Below, piece after piece: positions 1 through 8,108 of a stretch of 32,000 nucleotides of DNA (position 1 is its first letter; the number at the start of each line of letters is the position of its first letter). The notes beneath the pieces are model-generated. The model was given only the letters and a program-made list of their open reading frames with translations, made no database searches and was not told the origin of the DNA. This DNA comes from Candidatus Saccharimonadota bacterium (lineage in GTDB: Bacteria; Patescibacteriota; Saccharimonadia; Saccharimonadales; Saccharimonadaceae): NCBI GenBank assembly GCA_002421785.1, contig DIRZ01000002.1, positions 210,001 to 242,000 on the forward strand, read 5' to 3'. Both the position numbers and the translations under genes were made by a program.

Positions 1-1204
1 TTTCGATTTGCGATGCCTCCAAATTGGGCATGAAAGCAGGGGCATCGGCATGCATGTGCGGAGTATGCTTGAGAACCTGGACGCAACAGGGAAATATAAA
101 TACATCTTTTATACCTACGACTCCAGCGACCCGATTCAAACTCTGGGTATTAACCTGCCGGTAGACTATACGCTCGTGCAAACGAAAACGCTGAAGAAGT
201 CTATTGATAGACCTCAGGATTTTATGCAGCTCGCAAAGGTTATTTTTCACAAGTTCTCGCCCCTGCGCGGCGACGACATAGACGTGTTTGTGCAGTTCGA
301 CTTTATGCTCGGACTCCCCAGGCTGACAAATGTAAAGCAAACCATCCTAGTAGCTTACGATCTGATTCCTCTTATTTTCAGGGAAGAATACATCCCAACA
401 CCCAAACAAGCCTTTGTGGCCGCTTCAGGCGTGCTACAAAAGCTTAAAAAGACACTTCGCGCTCTGTACTATCACGAAAGGTACCGCCTTCACTATAAGA
501 ACTTTGTAAAGGCCGATTTATTACTGAGTATTTCCAAGAATACAACAGGGTCTCTAACGGAAATACTGAGTATACCAAAAGAAAAGATCGTCACTATTCC
601 CCTTGCCCCTGTTTTTAACACAGCGAATGCCACGCGCCCTGCTGGCTTCACTGTGGGCTTACCCTTCATCTTTTACATTGGCGCAACTGATGCACGGAAG
701 CGGGTAGCCGACCTCATCAAAGCATTCGACCAAGTGCGTGCGACACACTCGATTACACTCATTTTGGCTGGGAAAGAGTTTGCAAAACGAAACAAAATCC
801 CGAACGAAGAAATTGCTCACGCGCTACGCACATCACCGTATCAGTCAGACATCATCACACTCGGTTACGTAAATGATGCCGAAAAGCTGTGGCTCTATGA
901 AAATGCCAAAGCATTTGTATTCCCTACGACCTACGAGGGGTTCGGCTTGCCTATCGTCGAGGCGATGCAACATGGCTGTCCGGTTGTCAGCTATGACAAC
1001 TCCTCAATACCAGAGGTGGCGGATGATGCCGTCCTTTTGGTTCCCACGGGAGATGTAGCCCAGCTCGTCAAAGGTATCGCAAAGGTATTGGACAGTACCG
1101 CTCTGCGATATAGAATGGTTGCACGGGGATATGCCCTTTCTGAACAATACACGTGGGACAAATATATGAGAAAGTTTTACTCGGCACTGGAGGCCAAGGA
1201 ATAA
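1..1204 (+). CDS. Glycosyltransferase family 4 (GT-B fold), 5'-truncated by the window edge
   Basis: The frame is open from nt 2. The track starts it at TTG 8, but 'FDLRCLQ...GIGMHVRSMLENL' is the segment that normally sits 5-10 aa into GT4 enzymes, so the real start is probably upstream. The C-terminal 'FVFPTTYEGFGLPIVEAMQHGCPVV' is the GT4 E-x7-E region. Confidence 0.85.
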   Translation, partial: FDLRCLQIGHESRGIGMHVRSMLENLDATGKYKYIFYTYDSSDPIQTLGINLPVDYTLVQTKTLKKSIDRPQDFMQLAKVIFHKFSPLRGDDIDVFVQFDFMLGLPRLTNVKQTILVAYDLIPLIFREEYIPTPKQAFVAASGVLQKLKKTLRALYYHERYRLHYKNFVKADLLLSISKNTTGSLTEILSIPKEKIVTIPLAPVFNTANATRPAGFTVGLPFIFYIGATDARKRVADLIKAFDQVRATHSITLILAGKEFAKRNKIPNEEIAHALRTSPYQSDIITLGYVNDAEKLWLYENAKAFVFPTTYEGFGLPIVEAMQHGCPVVSYDNSSIPEVADDAVLLVPTGDVAQLVKGIAKVLDSTALRYRMVARGYALSEQYTWDKYMRKFYSALEAKE

Positions 1205-1205
1205 T

Positions 1206-2171
1206 ATGGCGAACAAACGAACATTACCGTACCCTGTAAAGATACTATCCCACGGCCTACGACTCCCTTCGTACATTTCCTTTTTCGAGAAGAAGGTAGC
1301 CCAACATGATGCGATCATTGAAGGCCTCTCCAATGAGGTCGCGGCGCTAAAAGACCAGCTCCAACAGACCACAACGCGCCTAGGGGTATACGAAAAGATG
1401 GACGACCGACTCATCGATATTCAGCATCAAATATCTTCTGGCCTCGCTACTCATGACAATCAAAAGAGTAGCGCTCAACAGGTGGTTGTGAACGCAACAG
1501 TATCTGACAATCATCGCTTTGATCAGTTCTATAAAGCGTTTGAAGATACCTTTAGGGGGTCGGAGGATGTAATACGAGGAAGACTCCTGGAGCACCTTCC
1601 TTTGTTTGAGAGCCTCCCAAAAAACATTCGCAAAAAGCCCACCATCGATATTGGGTGTGGGCGCGGCGAACTACTGTCTGTTCTGAGTGACAACGGGTTC
1701 AAAGTTATCGGTATCGACATGAACGTCGCCATGGTAAAACGCGCCAACGACATAGGCTTTGAGGCATACGCCACAGATGCTCGTAGCTACTTGGCGTCCC
1801 TGAAGCCGGGTTCTGTCGCAGCGATTACCGGATTTCATATTGTTGAGCATATCCCGTTCGAGTCGCTGATGGATATATTTAGTGAATGCTACCGGTCAGT
1901 TGCGCGCGGCGGTTTCGTGTTATTTGAAACCCCAAATCCAGAAACCTTTAGTGTTGGTGCCCACACGTTCTACCTCGACCCATCACATCAACGGCCCGTA
2001 CCACCACAACTACTTCAATTCATGCTCGAATATGCTGGTTTCGCTTGTGAAATTATCCGTTTACATGAAGTTGAGGAGACGCCTAAGTCTACAACATCTG
2101 AGGTTGTACGAAAACTACATAAGTCTGCCTATGGCCCCGCAGACTATGCGGTAGTCGGCAGAAAAATGTAG
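1206..2171 (+). CDS. Class I SAM-dependent methyltransferase with an N-terminal coiled-coil-like segment
   Basis: Motif I is 'IDIGCGRGELL', followed by 'VIGIDMN' and 'ITGFHIVEHI'. The heptad-like N-terminus reads 'IIEGLSNEVAALKDQLQQTTTRL'. The ATG lies 1 nt after the upstream stop, so the two genes are probably coupled. Confidence 0.85.
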   Translation: MANKRTLPYPVKILSHGLRLPSYISFFEKKVAQHDAIIEGLSNEVAALKDQLQQTTTRLGVYEKMDDRLIDIQHQISSGLATHDNQKSSAQQVVVNATVSDNHRFDQFYKAFEDTFRGSEDVIRGRLLEHLPLFESLPKNIRKKPTIDIGCGRGELLSVLSDNGFKVIGIDMNVAMVKRANDIGFEAYATDARSYLASLKPGSVAAITGFHIVEHIPFESLMDIFSECYRSVARGGFVLFETPNPETFSVGAHTFYLDPSHQRPVPPQLLQFMLEYAGFACEIIRLHEVEETPKSTTSEVVRKLHKSAYGPADYAVVGRKM

Positions 2172-2180
2172 GCGCTGTCG

Positions 2181-3368
2181 CTACTTAATGACTGTTAGTT
2201 TTACCCGTGGACTGACGGGGTGTGGTGTTGACTCGTCGTTCCTAACCGTAAATGAACCGGCGCTATGCCACCAATCTGACTGTGTTACGCCGTCCCGGTG
2301 GGTAACGGCTATCTCTACGGTGTACGTATCGTCACCAAAAATATTTGGAATAGACCATTCCATAGTCACACTATCACCTTTGTGAAAATCTCCGAGTCTA
2401 GTTTTTAGAATCTTGCTGTTTGTGCCACAGAGTAGTTGTCCGCTGGCATTCTTTATACCAAAACCAATGATAGGTTCGCTGATACTACCCAGGAAGTTTA
2501 TCTTCGTCTCAAGCACCACCATATCCTGCTCAACAGTAACTATCACCTCTTCCGCCTTGGCATCACCAGTACCCCATCGGTCTGCCTTATCAGCTGGTTT
2601 GGCGGCCTTTTCCTCGGTGTTATTAAACAGCTTAATGTACTTCTCGGCAGCAACCTCTGGCGAGCCCGTGTAAAGCGTCTCGGCCTTATCGATCAGAATA
2701 CATCGATCACAATATTCCCTCACCGCTCCCATGTCGTGACTGACAAATATCACCGTCTTCTTAAGCTTCTTTAGTGTGCGGAAGTAGTCAAAACATTTCC
2801 TTTGGAAGGCGGCGTCGCCCACAGCCAATACCTCATCGATAAGCAACACATCAGAGTCGGCTAGAATTGTAGCGACAGAAAAGGCAAGTCGAACCTGCAT
2901 TCCCGACGAGTAGTTCTTGAGCGTCTGATCCATAAATCGCTCTAGTTCTGCAAACTCGACAATGGCATCATATTTCTGGTCAACCTCTTGGTTCGAGAAT
3001 CCCATGAGGGCTCCGTTTAGGTATACATTCTCACGCCCAGTGAGTTCCGGATTAAACCCTACGCCAAGCTCAATAAATGGCACCAGGCGGCCGTTCACCA
3101 TCACGCGCCCCTTGGTTGGCTGGTATATCCCAGCAATGATCTTCAGGAGCGTACTCTTGCCCGACCCATTCCGGCCGACAATCCCAAAGAACTCGCCCTT
3201 CTTTACTTCAAAATCGATTCCATGGAGCGCGTGTTGCGTCTCGGTTTTTAGTCCCTGGCGACCACGAAAGGGGTTTACAAATAAACTCTTTACTGAGTTA
3301 ATCTTCTCGTGAGGGAGCTTGAAGTTCTTCGATACATGCTCTACTTTAATTGCAATTTCGTCTGACAT
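2181..3368 (-). CDS. wzt: Polysaccharide/teichoic-acid ABC exporter ATP-binding protein (Wzt/TagH type) with a ~140 aa C-terminal beta-rich extension
   Basis: Walker A 'GRNGSGKST', signature 'YSSGMQVRLAF', Walker B 'VLLIDEVLAVGD' and H-loop 'FVSHD' are all present. An extra C-terminal domain ('VLETKINFLG...TMEWSIPNIF...TYTVEIAV') resembles Wzt C-terminal glycan-binding domains. A GGAGG RBS sits inside the end of the upstream permease gene. Confidence 0.9.
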   Translation of the reverse strand: MSDEIAIKVEHVSKNFKLPHEKINSVKSLFVNPFRGRQGLKTETQHALHGIDFEVKKGEFFGIVGRNGSGKSTLLKIIAGIYQPTKGRVMVNGRLVPFIELGVGFNPELTGRENVYLNGALMGFSNQEVDQKYDAIVEFAELERFMDQTLKNYSSGMQVRLAFSVATILADSDVLLIDEVLAVGDAAFQRKCFDYFRTLKKLKKTVIFVSHDMGAVREYCDRCILIDKAETLYTGSPEVAAEKYIKLFNNTEEKAAKPADKADRWGTGDAKAEEVIVTVEQDMVVLETKINFLGSISEPIIGFGIKNASGQLLCGTNSKILKTRLGDFHKGDSVTMEWSIPNIFGDDTYTVEIAVTHRDGVTQSDWWHSAGSFTVRNDESTPHPVSPRVKLTVIK

Positions 3369-3371
3369 GTT

Positions 3372-4196
3372 CTAAACCTCCTCCGCGAATGTTGGCGACT
3401 GACGTTTAAAGTAGGCGACAGATACGATCAAGAGCGCCACAACGATACATAACGGCACGACCTGAACATACCACTTATCTACATGATTCCAAACAGTCAC
3501 CGTATCGGGCGATATCACCGCCCAGCGCGCGTCCTGAATAATCTGCGCCATTGGGTTGAGTAACATAGCCTGTGAAGCCACAAAGGATACCTTCGCGACC
3601 ATACTTAACGGATAGAAAATTGGGGTTGCGTAGAAGCCCGCCTGCAAGACAAGTTCCCATATATAGCCAATATCCCGAAGCTTCACCGTAATTGCTGATA
3701 GTAAAAACGCCAGAGAAAGGCCAAGAATGAACAGCTCCACGACGATAGGAATGATGAGCAGCGCCCGAGGTGATATCTCTACCCCATTTAGCACAATAAA
3801 TACGCCAACCACCAGTAGGTTGATAGTCAGGTTAATAAGAGCAGACAGTGCACTTGCAAGCACCACCACATACCGTGGGAATGCCAGTTTTCGCATTAAA
3901 TCACCCTTACCAATGACCGCAGACATACCGTTGAGCGTCACTTCAGAGAAAAAATTCCAAAGGACCGTACCAAGCAGCAAGGCGACCGCAAAGTGTGGAA
4001 TGTCAGCCCCAAACTTAAGAAATCGCACAAACACCACATACATCACCGCAAACATTGCCAGCGGCTTGAGAAGTGTCCAGACATACCCGAGCGCAGACCC
4101 CTTATAGCGAAGTTTGAAGTCGGTAATGACTAGTTGCTTTAAGATTATCAAAGAATAAGAATATCGCTGCTTAAGGCTAGAAAGAATATGGGTCAT
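3372..4196 (-). CDS. wzm: ABC-2 type polysaccharide exporter permease (Wzm/TagG type)
   Basis: The 274 aa protein has about six hydrophobic helices and an N-terminal 'LVITDFKLRYKGSALGYVWTLLKPL' typical of ABC-2 permeases. It lies 3 nt upstream of the ATPase gene. Confidence 0.9.
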   Translation of the reverse strand: MTHILSSLKQRYSYSLIILKQLVITDFKLRYKGSALGYVWTLLKPLAMFAVMYVVFVRFLKFGADIPHFAVALLLGTVLWNFFSEVTLNGMSAVIGKGDLMRKLAFPRYVVVLASALSALINLTINLLVVGVFIVLNGVEISPRALLIIPIVVELFILGLSLAFLLSAITVKLRDIGYIWELVLQAGFYATPIFYPLSMVAKVSFVASQAMLLNPMAQIIQDARWAVISPDTVTVWNHVDKWYVQVVPLCIVVALLIVSVAYFKRQSPTFAEEV

Positions 4197-4202
4197 CTAA
4201 GG

Positions 4203-4212
4203 TATAATTATA
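4203..4212. promoter_or_regulatory. Palindromic TATAATTATA giving a TATAAT -10 hexamer on both strands (divergent promoters for wzm and the first reductase gene)
   Basis: TATAATTATA is its own reverse complement. On the minus strand the -10 lies 10 nt upstream of the wzm ATG. Confidence 0.45.
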
Positions 4213-4254
4213 TAAGAACTCGTACGATATTAAAATAAGGGATACGAATTACAA

Positions 4255-5187
4255 ATGTCAAAAAAAGTTATCATAACTGGCGTCAATGGATTTGTTGGCG
4301 AACACGTAGTAGATGCGTTCCGCGCCGAAGGATTTGAAGTTATTGGCGTTGGGTACGACGCTAATCCAAGTGAAACTATCGTTCATAAGGTATCCTCATA
4401 TATCCGCTGTAACCTTGTTGACATGGAGTCGGTCGCGCAAATTGATTTTAGTGATGTTTGGGCTATTATTCACCTTGCCGGGCTTTCGAACGTTGGGGAG
4501 TCGTTCAACAAACCTCTCCAGTATATAAACGACAACACCTCGATGATATATAACTTACTAGAACACGCTCGTACTCATGATTTCAAGGGACGCACTATCG
4601 TCGTTAGCTCTGGGGCGCTCTATGATTCCCAGCAGCCGCTTCCCCTTACCGAAGATTCACGATTGCTTGAAAACTCACCATATGCCGTCGGCAAGCTCGG
4701 TGTTGAGCATGTCGCTAACTACTATAGGTTACGCGGACTTGATGTTGTGGTTGTGCGACCCTTTAACCACATTGGACCCAACCAAAAGAAGGGCTTCCTT
4801 GTCCCAGATCTGTTCGCACAACTCCAAACCGCACAGCAAACCAACGCTACTAGCATTTCTGTTGGTAATCTTGCCACGCGTCGTGACTATACCGACGTCA
4901 GGGATATTGCACGCGCCTATAGGCTTATCGCGCTTGCAGACAACCTCAACTATGGCCTATACAACATTTGCACTGGTCGTAGCTTAGCCGGAACCGATAT
5001 ATTGCAATCACTCCAGGCCGCGATGGGCGTCCTAGATATTGATCCAGTTATCGACGGAACCAAGGTTAGGCCAACCGACATCATGGAGATATACGGCGAC
5101 ACTTCCCGGCTCACGAGTGACACCGGTTGGGCTCCCCAGATTCCGATCGAGCAAACAATCCACGACTTCATCCAGTCTCAAGAGTAA
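4255..5187 (+). CDS. GDP-4-dehydro-6-deoxy-D-mannose reductase (Rmd)-like short-chain dehydrogenase, paralog 1
   Basis: Rossmann motif 'ITGVNGFVGEHV' and catalytic 'YAVGKL' (YxxxK) are present. So are 'VRPFNHIGPNQ', 'VGNLATRRDYTDVRDIARAY', 'YNICTGRS' and 'DTGWAPQIPIEQT', which match the Rmd/GDP-6-deoxy-talose synthase pattern. Confidence 0.8.
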   Translation: MSKKVIITGVNGFVGEHVVDAFRAEGFEVIGVGYDANPSETIVHKVSSYIRCNLVDMESVAQIDFSDVWAIIHLAGLSNVGESFNKPLQYINDNTSMIYNLLEHARTHDFKGRTIVVSSGALYDSQQPLPLTEDSRLLENSPYAVGKLGVEHVANYYRLRGLDVVVVRPFNHIGPNQKKGFLVPDLFAQLQTAQQTNATSISVGNLATRRDYTDVRDIARAYRLIALADNLNYGLYNICTGRSLAGTDILQSLQAAMGVLDIDPVIDGTKVRPTDIMEIYGDTSRLTSDTGWAPQIPIEQTIHDFIQSQE

Positions 5188-5257
5188 GGTGTGAAAGAGT
5201 ACGGTGTATGAAAATTAGGATACAAATGGTAGTTTTCTGGAAGCATCCTTGAGTCGA

Positions 5258-5710
5258 CTATTCCCAGGGGAATTTTCCGCCCCACGACGCGCGTGCTTCA
5301 GATAAAGCCTTTTTTTCAGCAGCTATATAAGAGGGGTTCACCTCGGTACCGCCAACACTATTTACGCGAAGCGTGTGAGTCATATCGTAACCATCATAGC
5401 TGCTGGCTCGGTATATTTCCGCTATAATTGGAGCATTTAATTGCCTTAACTCAGCATTCAAAGCAAGTGTAGCCGTCTCATCATCGACATCCTTTGGTGA
5501 AGGGAGGACCCCTAAGGGCCCAATAAGGGTATGTCGTGTGTCCTTACCGTCAAGAACCATGTTTATTACCTTTGGTGCCATACGTTTCGCAACTCTTGTC
5601 GCATGAAGGGCCTCTGCATGATCATTGTTGATTTGCGCCTGTTCTCTTGCGTACTGGAAGCCTTGCGCCACCTGGTCTCCAGAAGTGGCTGAATGTAGTT
5701 TATTACTCAT
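5258..5710 (-). CDS. Hypothetical protein (150 aa), no recognisable motif
   Basis: It is a clean ORF on the opposite strand between the two reductase paralogs. It has its own TTGACT-17-TATAAT promoter 7 nt upstream of the ATG. Confidence 0.6.
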   Translation of the reverse strand: MSNKLHSATSGDQVAQGFQYAREQAQINNDHAEALHATRVAKRMAPKVINMVLDGKDTRHTLIGPLGVLPSPKDVDDETATLALNAELRQLNAPIIAEIYRASSYDGYDMTHTLRVNSVGGTEVNPSYIAAEKKALSEARASWGGKFPWE

Positions 5711-5717
5711 ATTGAAT

Positions 5718-5746
5718 ATTATACACGAAATTTGTTAAAAAGTCAA
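5718..5746 (-). promoter_or_regulatory. Near-consensus sigma70-type promoter (TTGACT-17 nt-TATAAT) for the 150 aa ORF, with geometry that predicts a leaderless mRNA
   Basis: The minus strand reads TTGACT ttttaacaaatttcgtg TATAAT attcaat ATG. There is no Shine-Dalgarno sequence. Confidence 0.6.
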
Positions 5747-5788
5747 TATGCATATGGTTTAGGCCTTTTTCTAGTTTCAGAAGTAGTA

Positions 5789-5817
5789 TTGCTATATCGT
5801 CTTATATATGCTATAAT
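5789..5817 (+). promoter_or_regulatory. Sigma70-type promoter (TTGCTA-17 nt-TATAAT) for reductase paralog 2, with geometry that predicts a leaderless mRNA
   Basis: The sequence reads TTGCTA tatcgtcttatatatgc TATAAT agtact ATG. Only 6 nt separate the -10 from the ATG at 5824. Confidence 0.6.
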
Positions 5818-5823
5818 AGTACT

Positions 5824-6762
5824 ATGTCAAAAGGCGTCCTCATTACTGGTGTTAACGGCTTCGTCGGAAAGCACGTTGCAGATAGATTTCAGTCTCTTGG
5901 GTTCGAAGTGACTGGTACCGCCCGCCAACGATCACCTAAGCCTGAGGTGGCTTCATCGCTCGATAACTACATCGCCGCGGACATGCTTGATGCACAGGCA
6001 GTCAATCACCTAAGCCTAGACGGGGTATCGGCAATTATCCACTTAGCGGGACGGTCATCTGTCGGTGAGTCTTTTCAGCATCCCGGCGAATATATCACGC
6101 AAAATCCTCTTATGACCCACAATCTGTTTGATCACGCCCAAAGGCAGGGCTTCGAAGGACGAATTGTGTCGGTTAGCACCGGTGCGCTTTACGACCCCAA
6201 CCAACCACTCCCTCTTGGTGAAGAATCTAAGACCGCTCCAAACTCTCCGTACGCTATAGGCAAATTGTCTGCTGAAGCAGTTGCGCTTTATTTTAAGTCC
6301 CGCGGTATCGATGCCGTAATCGCCCGCCCCTTTAACCATATTGGACCAGGCCAAGGTACGGGCTTCCTACTCCCCGATCTATACAGTCAATTACACTCAA
6401 GCGAATACGGTCAAACGTTACGTGTTGGCAACCTTGCTACACGTCGTGACTACACTGATGTTAGGGATATCGCGCGCGCCTACAGTGACCTTGCGACAGC
6501 CCAAAGTCTCGGGCGGAGTATTTACAATATATGCTCAGGAAAAAGTCTGTCGGGATTAGAAATTACCGGCATGATTAAGGACGCTAGCGGTCGACAAGAT
6601 GTTCAAACTACCGTAGACCCAGCAAAAGTACGCCCGAATGAAATCCTTGATATCCGGGGTGACTACAGCCAGCTCCATGCTGATACTGGCTGGGATCCAC
6701 AAATTGATATACGTCAAACCGTTGCAGACTTTGTTGCCCACCCAGTTGTAGACAACAGGTAA
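5824..6762 (+). CDS. GDP-4-dehydro-6-deoxy-D-mannose reductase (Rmd)-like short-chain dehydrogenase, paralog 2
   Basis: 'ITGVNGFVGKHV', 'YAIGKL', 'ARPFNHIGPGQ', 'VGNLATRRDYTDVRDIARAY', 'YNICSGKS' and 'DTGWDPQIDIRQT' are present. By eye about half the positions are identical to paralog 1. Confidence 0.8.
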   Translation: MSKGVLITGVNGFVGKHVADRFQSLGFEVTGTARQRSPKPEVASSLDNYIAADMLDAQAVNHLSLDGVSAIIHLAGRSSVGESFQHPGEYITQNPLMTHNLFDHAQRQGFEGRIVSVSTGALYDPNQPLPLGEESKTAPNSPYAIGKLSAEAVALYFKSRGIDAVIARPFNHIGPGQGTGFLLPDLYSQLHSSEYGQTLRVGNLATRRDYTDVRDIARAYSDLATAQSLGRSIYNICSGKSLSGLEITGMIKDASGRQDVQTTVDPAKVRPNEILDIRGDYSQLHADTGWDPQIDIRQTVADFVAHPVVDNR

Positions 6763-6771
6763 GAATCCCTA

Positions 6772-7767
6772 CTACTTCTCTATTTCAAGATCGTGAGCTA
6801 CCATCAGCTTCACAAGGCCAGGGAAGTCAACTTCGCGCTTCCAACCAAGCTGCTTTTCGGCCTTTGTTGGATCACCAAGCAGTAAGTCAACTTCTGCGGG
6901 GCGCATAAACGCAGGATTCTGACGAACATACGGCTTCCAGTTATCGATGCCGATTTCTTTGAAGGCAAGGTCCAGGAACTCTTCGATTGAGTGCGTCTCG
7001 CCCGTAGCAAGTACGTAGTCGTCTGGCTTATCCTGCTGCAGCATGAGCCACATACCCTTTACGTAGTCACCAGCGTAACCCCAGTCACGCTTTGGCCACA
7101 GGTCACCAAGTTCAATGTAGTCCTGCTTGCCAAGCTTGATACGCGCAACTGCATTTGTAATCTTGCGAGTCACAAATTCGATACCACGGCGCTCTCCTTC
7201 GTGGTTAAACAAAATACCAGACACTGCATACATACCGTAGCTTTCGCGGTAATTTTTAGTAATCCAGTGGCCGTAAAGCTTCGCTACACCATATGGGCTA
7301 CGTGGGTGGAACATTGACTCTTCAGTGTAGCCTTTTTCAGGACGATTGTAGTCGAGTCCACCAAACATTTCAGATGTTGATGCTTGATAGAAGCGTACAT
7401 TATTTGGCTTGTCGTAGAAGCGAATTGCCTCAAGGATATTCAATACACCCTTACCCGTTACGTCAGCCGTAAGAATAGGATTTTTAAATGAATAGCCAAC
7501 ATGACTAATTGCGCCAAGATTGTAAACTTCGTCAGGCTTAGACACTTCAAGAGCACGAATCAGGGAAGACTTATCCGTTAGGTCTGCTTCCAACAGGTGC
7601 ACGTACGGCATCTCTTCCTCGACTTCTTTGCGTCGTGGGTTGTGCTGGCCACGAATAATGCCATACACTTCGTAATCTTTTTCGTGAAGGAACTTAGCCA
7701 AGTGGCCACCATCTTGACCCGTAATACCTGTAATTAGGGCGCGTTTTTTCGTCATATTATTGCTCAT
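6772..7767 (-). CDS. gmd: GDP-mannose 4,6-dehydratase
   Basis: 'ALITGITGQDGGHLAKFLHEKDYEVYGIIR', 'YQASTSEMFG', 'SPYGVAKLY' and 'FNHEGERRG' are all Gmd hallmarks. The start may instead be the ATG at 7755 (MTKKRALITG), which has a GAGGT 12 nt upstream. Confidence 0.95.
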   Translation of the reverse strand: MSNNMTKKRALITGITGQDGGHLAKFLHEKDYEVYGIIRGQHNPRRKEVEEEMPYVHLLEADLTDKSSLIRALEVSKPDEVYNLGAISHVGYSFKNPILTADVTGKGVLNILEAIRFYDKPNNVRFYQASTSEMFGGLDYNRPEKGYTEESMFHPRSPYGVAKLYGHWITKNYRESYGMYAVSGILFNHEGERRGIEFVTRKITNAVARIKLGKQDYIELGDLWPKRDWGYAGDYVKGMWLMLQQDKPDDYVLATGETHSIEEFLDLAFKEIGIDNWKPYVRQNPAFMRPAEVDLLLGDPTKAEKQLGWKREVDFPGLVKLMVAHDLEIEK

Positions 7768-7836
7768 ACCTCAGATAATCGTTGTTTTGTATATAAGCTA
7801 TATTGTACCATCTCTGTACGACAGATGTAAGCCCAC

Positions 7837-8049
7837 CTACACTTCGGCTGTGTAATCGATAGTCTTTCTGTGGAGTTCTTCGAGTGTCATGCCAGCCTCG
7901 GCTGCAAGTGCGAGTGCATACGCGTGGGTTGCGGCACTATGGCGCACGATGGCTTCGTTGTGGTCGACAATGCCATGCTCGGCAACAAAATCGTTAAACG
8001 ATCCTGGGTTTAGCTCTGCTGCAGATGGTGTTTTTGGTCGCTCGGTCAT
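7837..8049 (-). CDS. Small hypothetical protein (70 aa)
   Basis: An AGAGGAG RBS lies 6 nt upstream of the ATG. The gene is divergent from sucC across a perfect palindrome. No domain was recognised. Confidence 0.5.
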   Translation of the reverse strand: MTERPKTPSAAELNPGSFNDFVAEHGIVDHNEAIVRHSAATHAYALALAAEAGMTLEELHRKTIDYTAEV

Positions 8050-8082
8050 AGTGGTACTCCTCTGTATTTATTCCTATTGTTT

Positions 8083-8101
8083 CTAGTATAGCCTATACTA
8101 G
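8083..8101. promoter_or_regulatory. Perfect 19-bp palindrome CTAGTATAG-C-CTATACTAG, a candidate operator overlapping divergent -10 elements
   Basis: The 9-bp arms are exact reverse complements around a single central C. Each arm contains TATACT, so the palindrome supplies a -10-like hexamer in both directions. On the plus strand it lies 9 nt upstream of the sucC ATG. Confidence 0.5.
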
Positions 8102-8108
8102 GCAAGGT

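Noticed and set aside
5213-5250. An imperfect inverted repeat (AGGATAC...GCATCCT) between the convergent reductase-1 and 150 aa genes, considered as a possible terminator.
   Set aside because: It has a 6/7 match with a 19-nt loop and no flanking U-tract, so it is not a credible intrinsic terminator.
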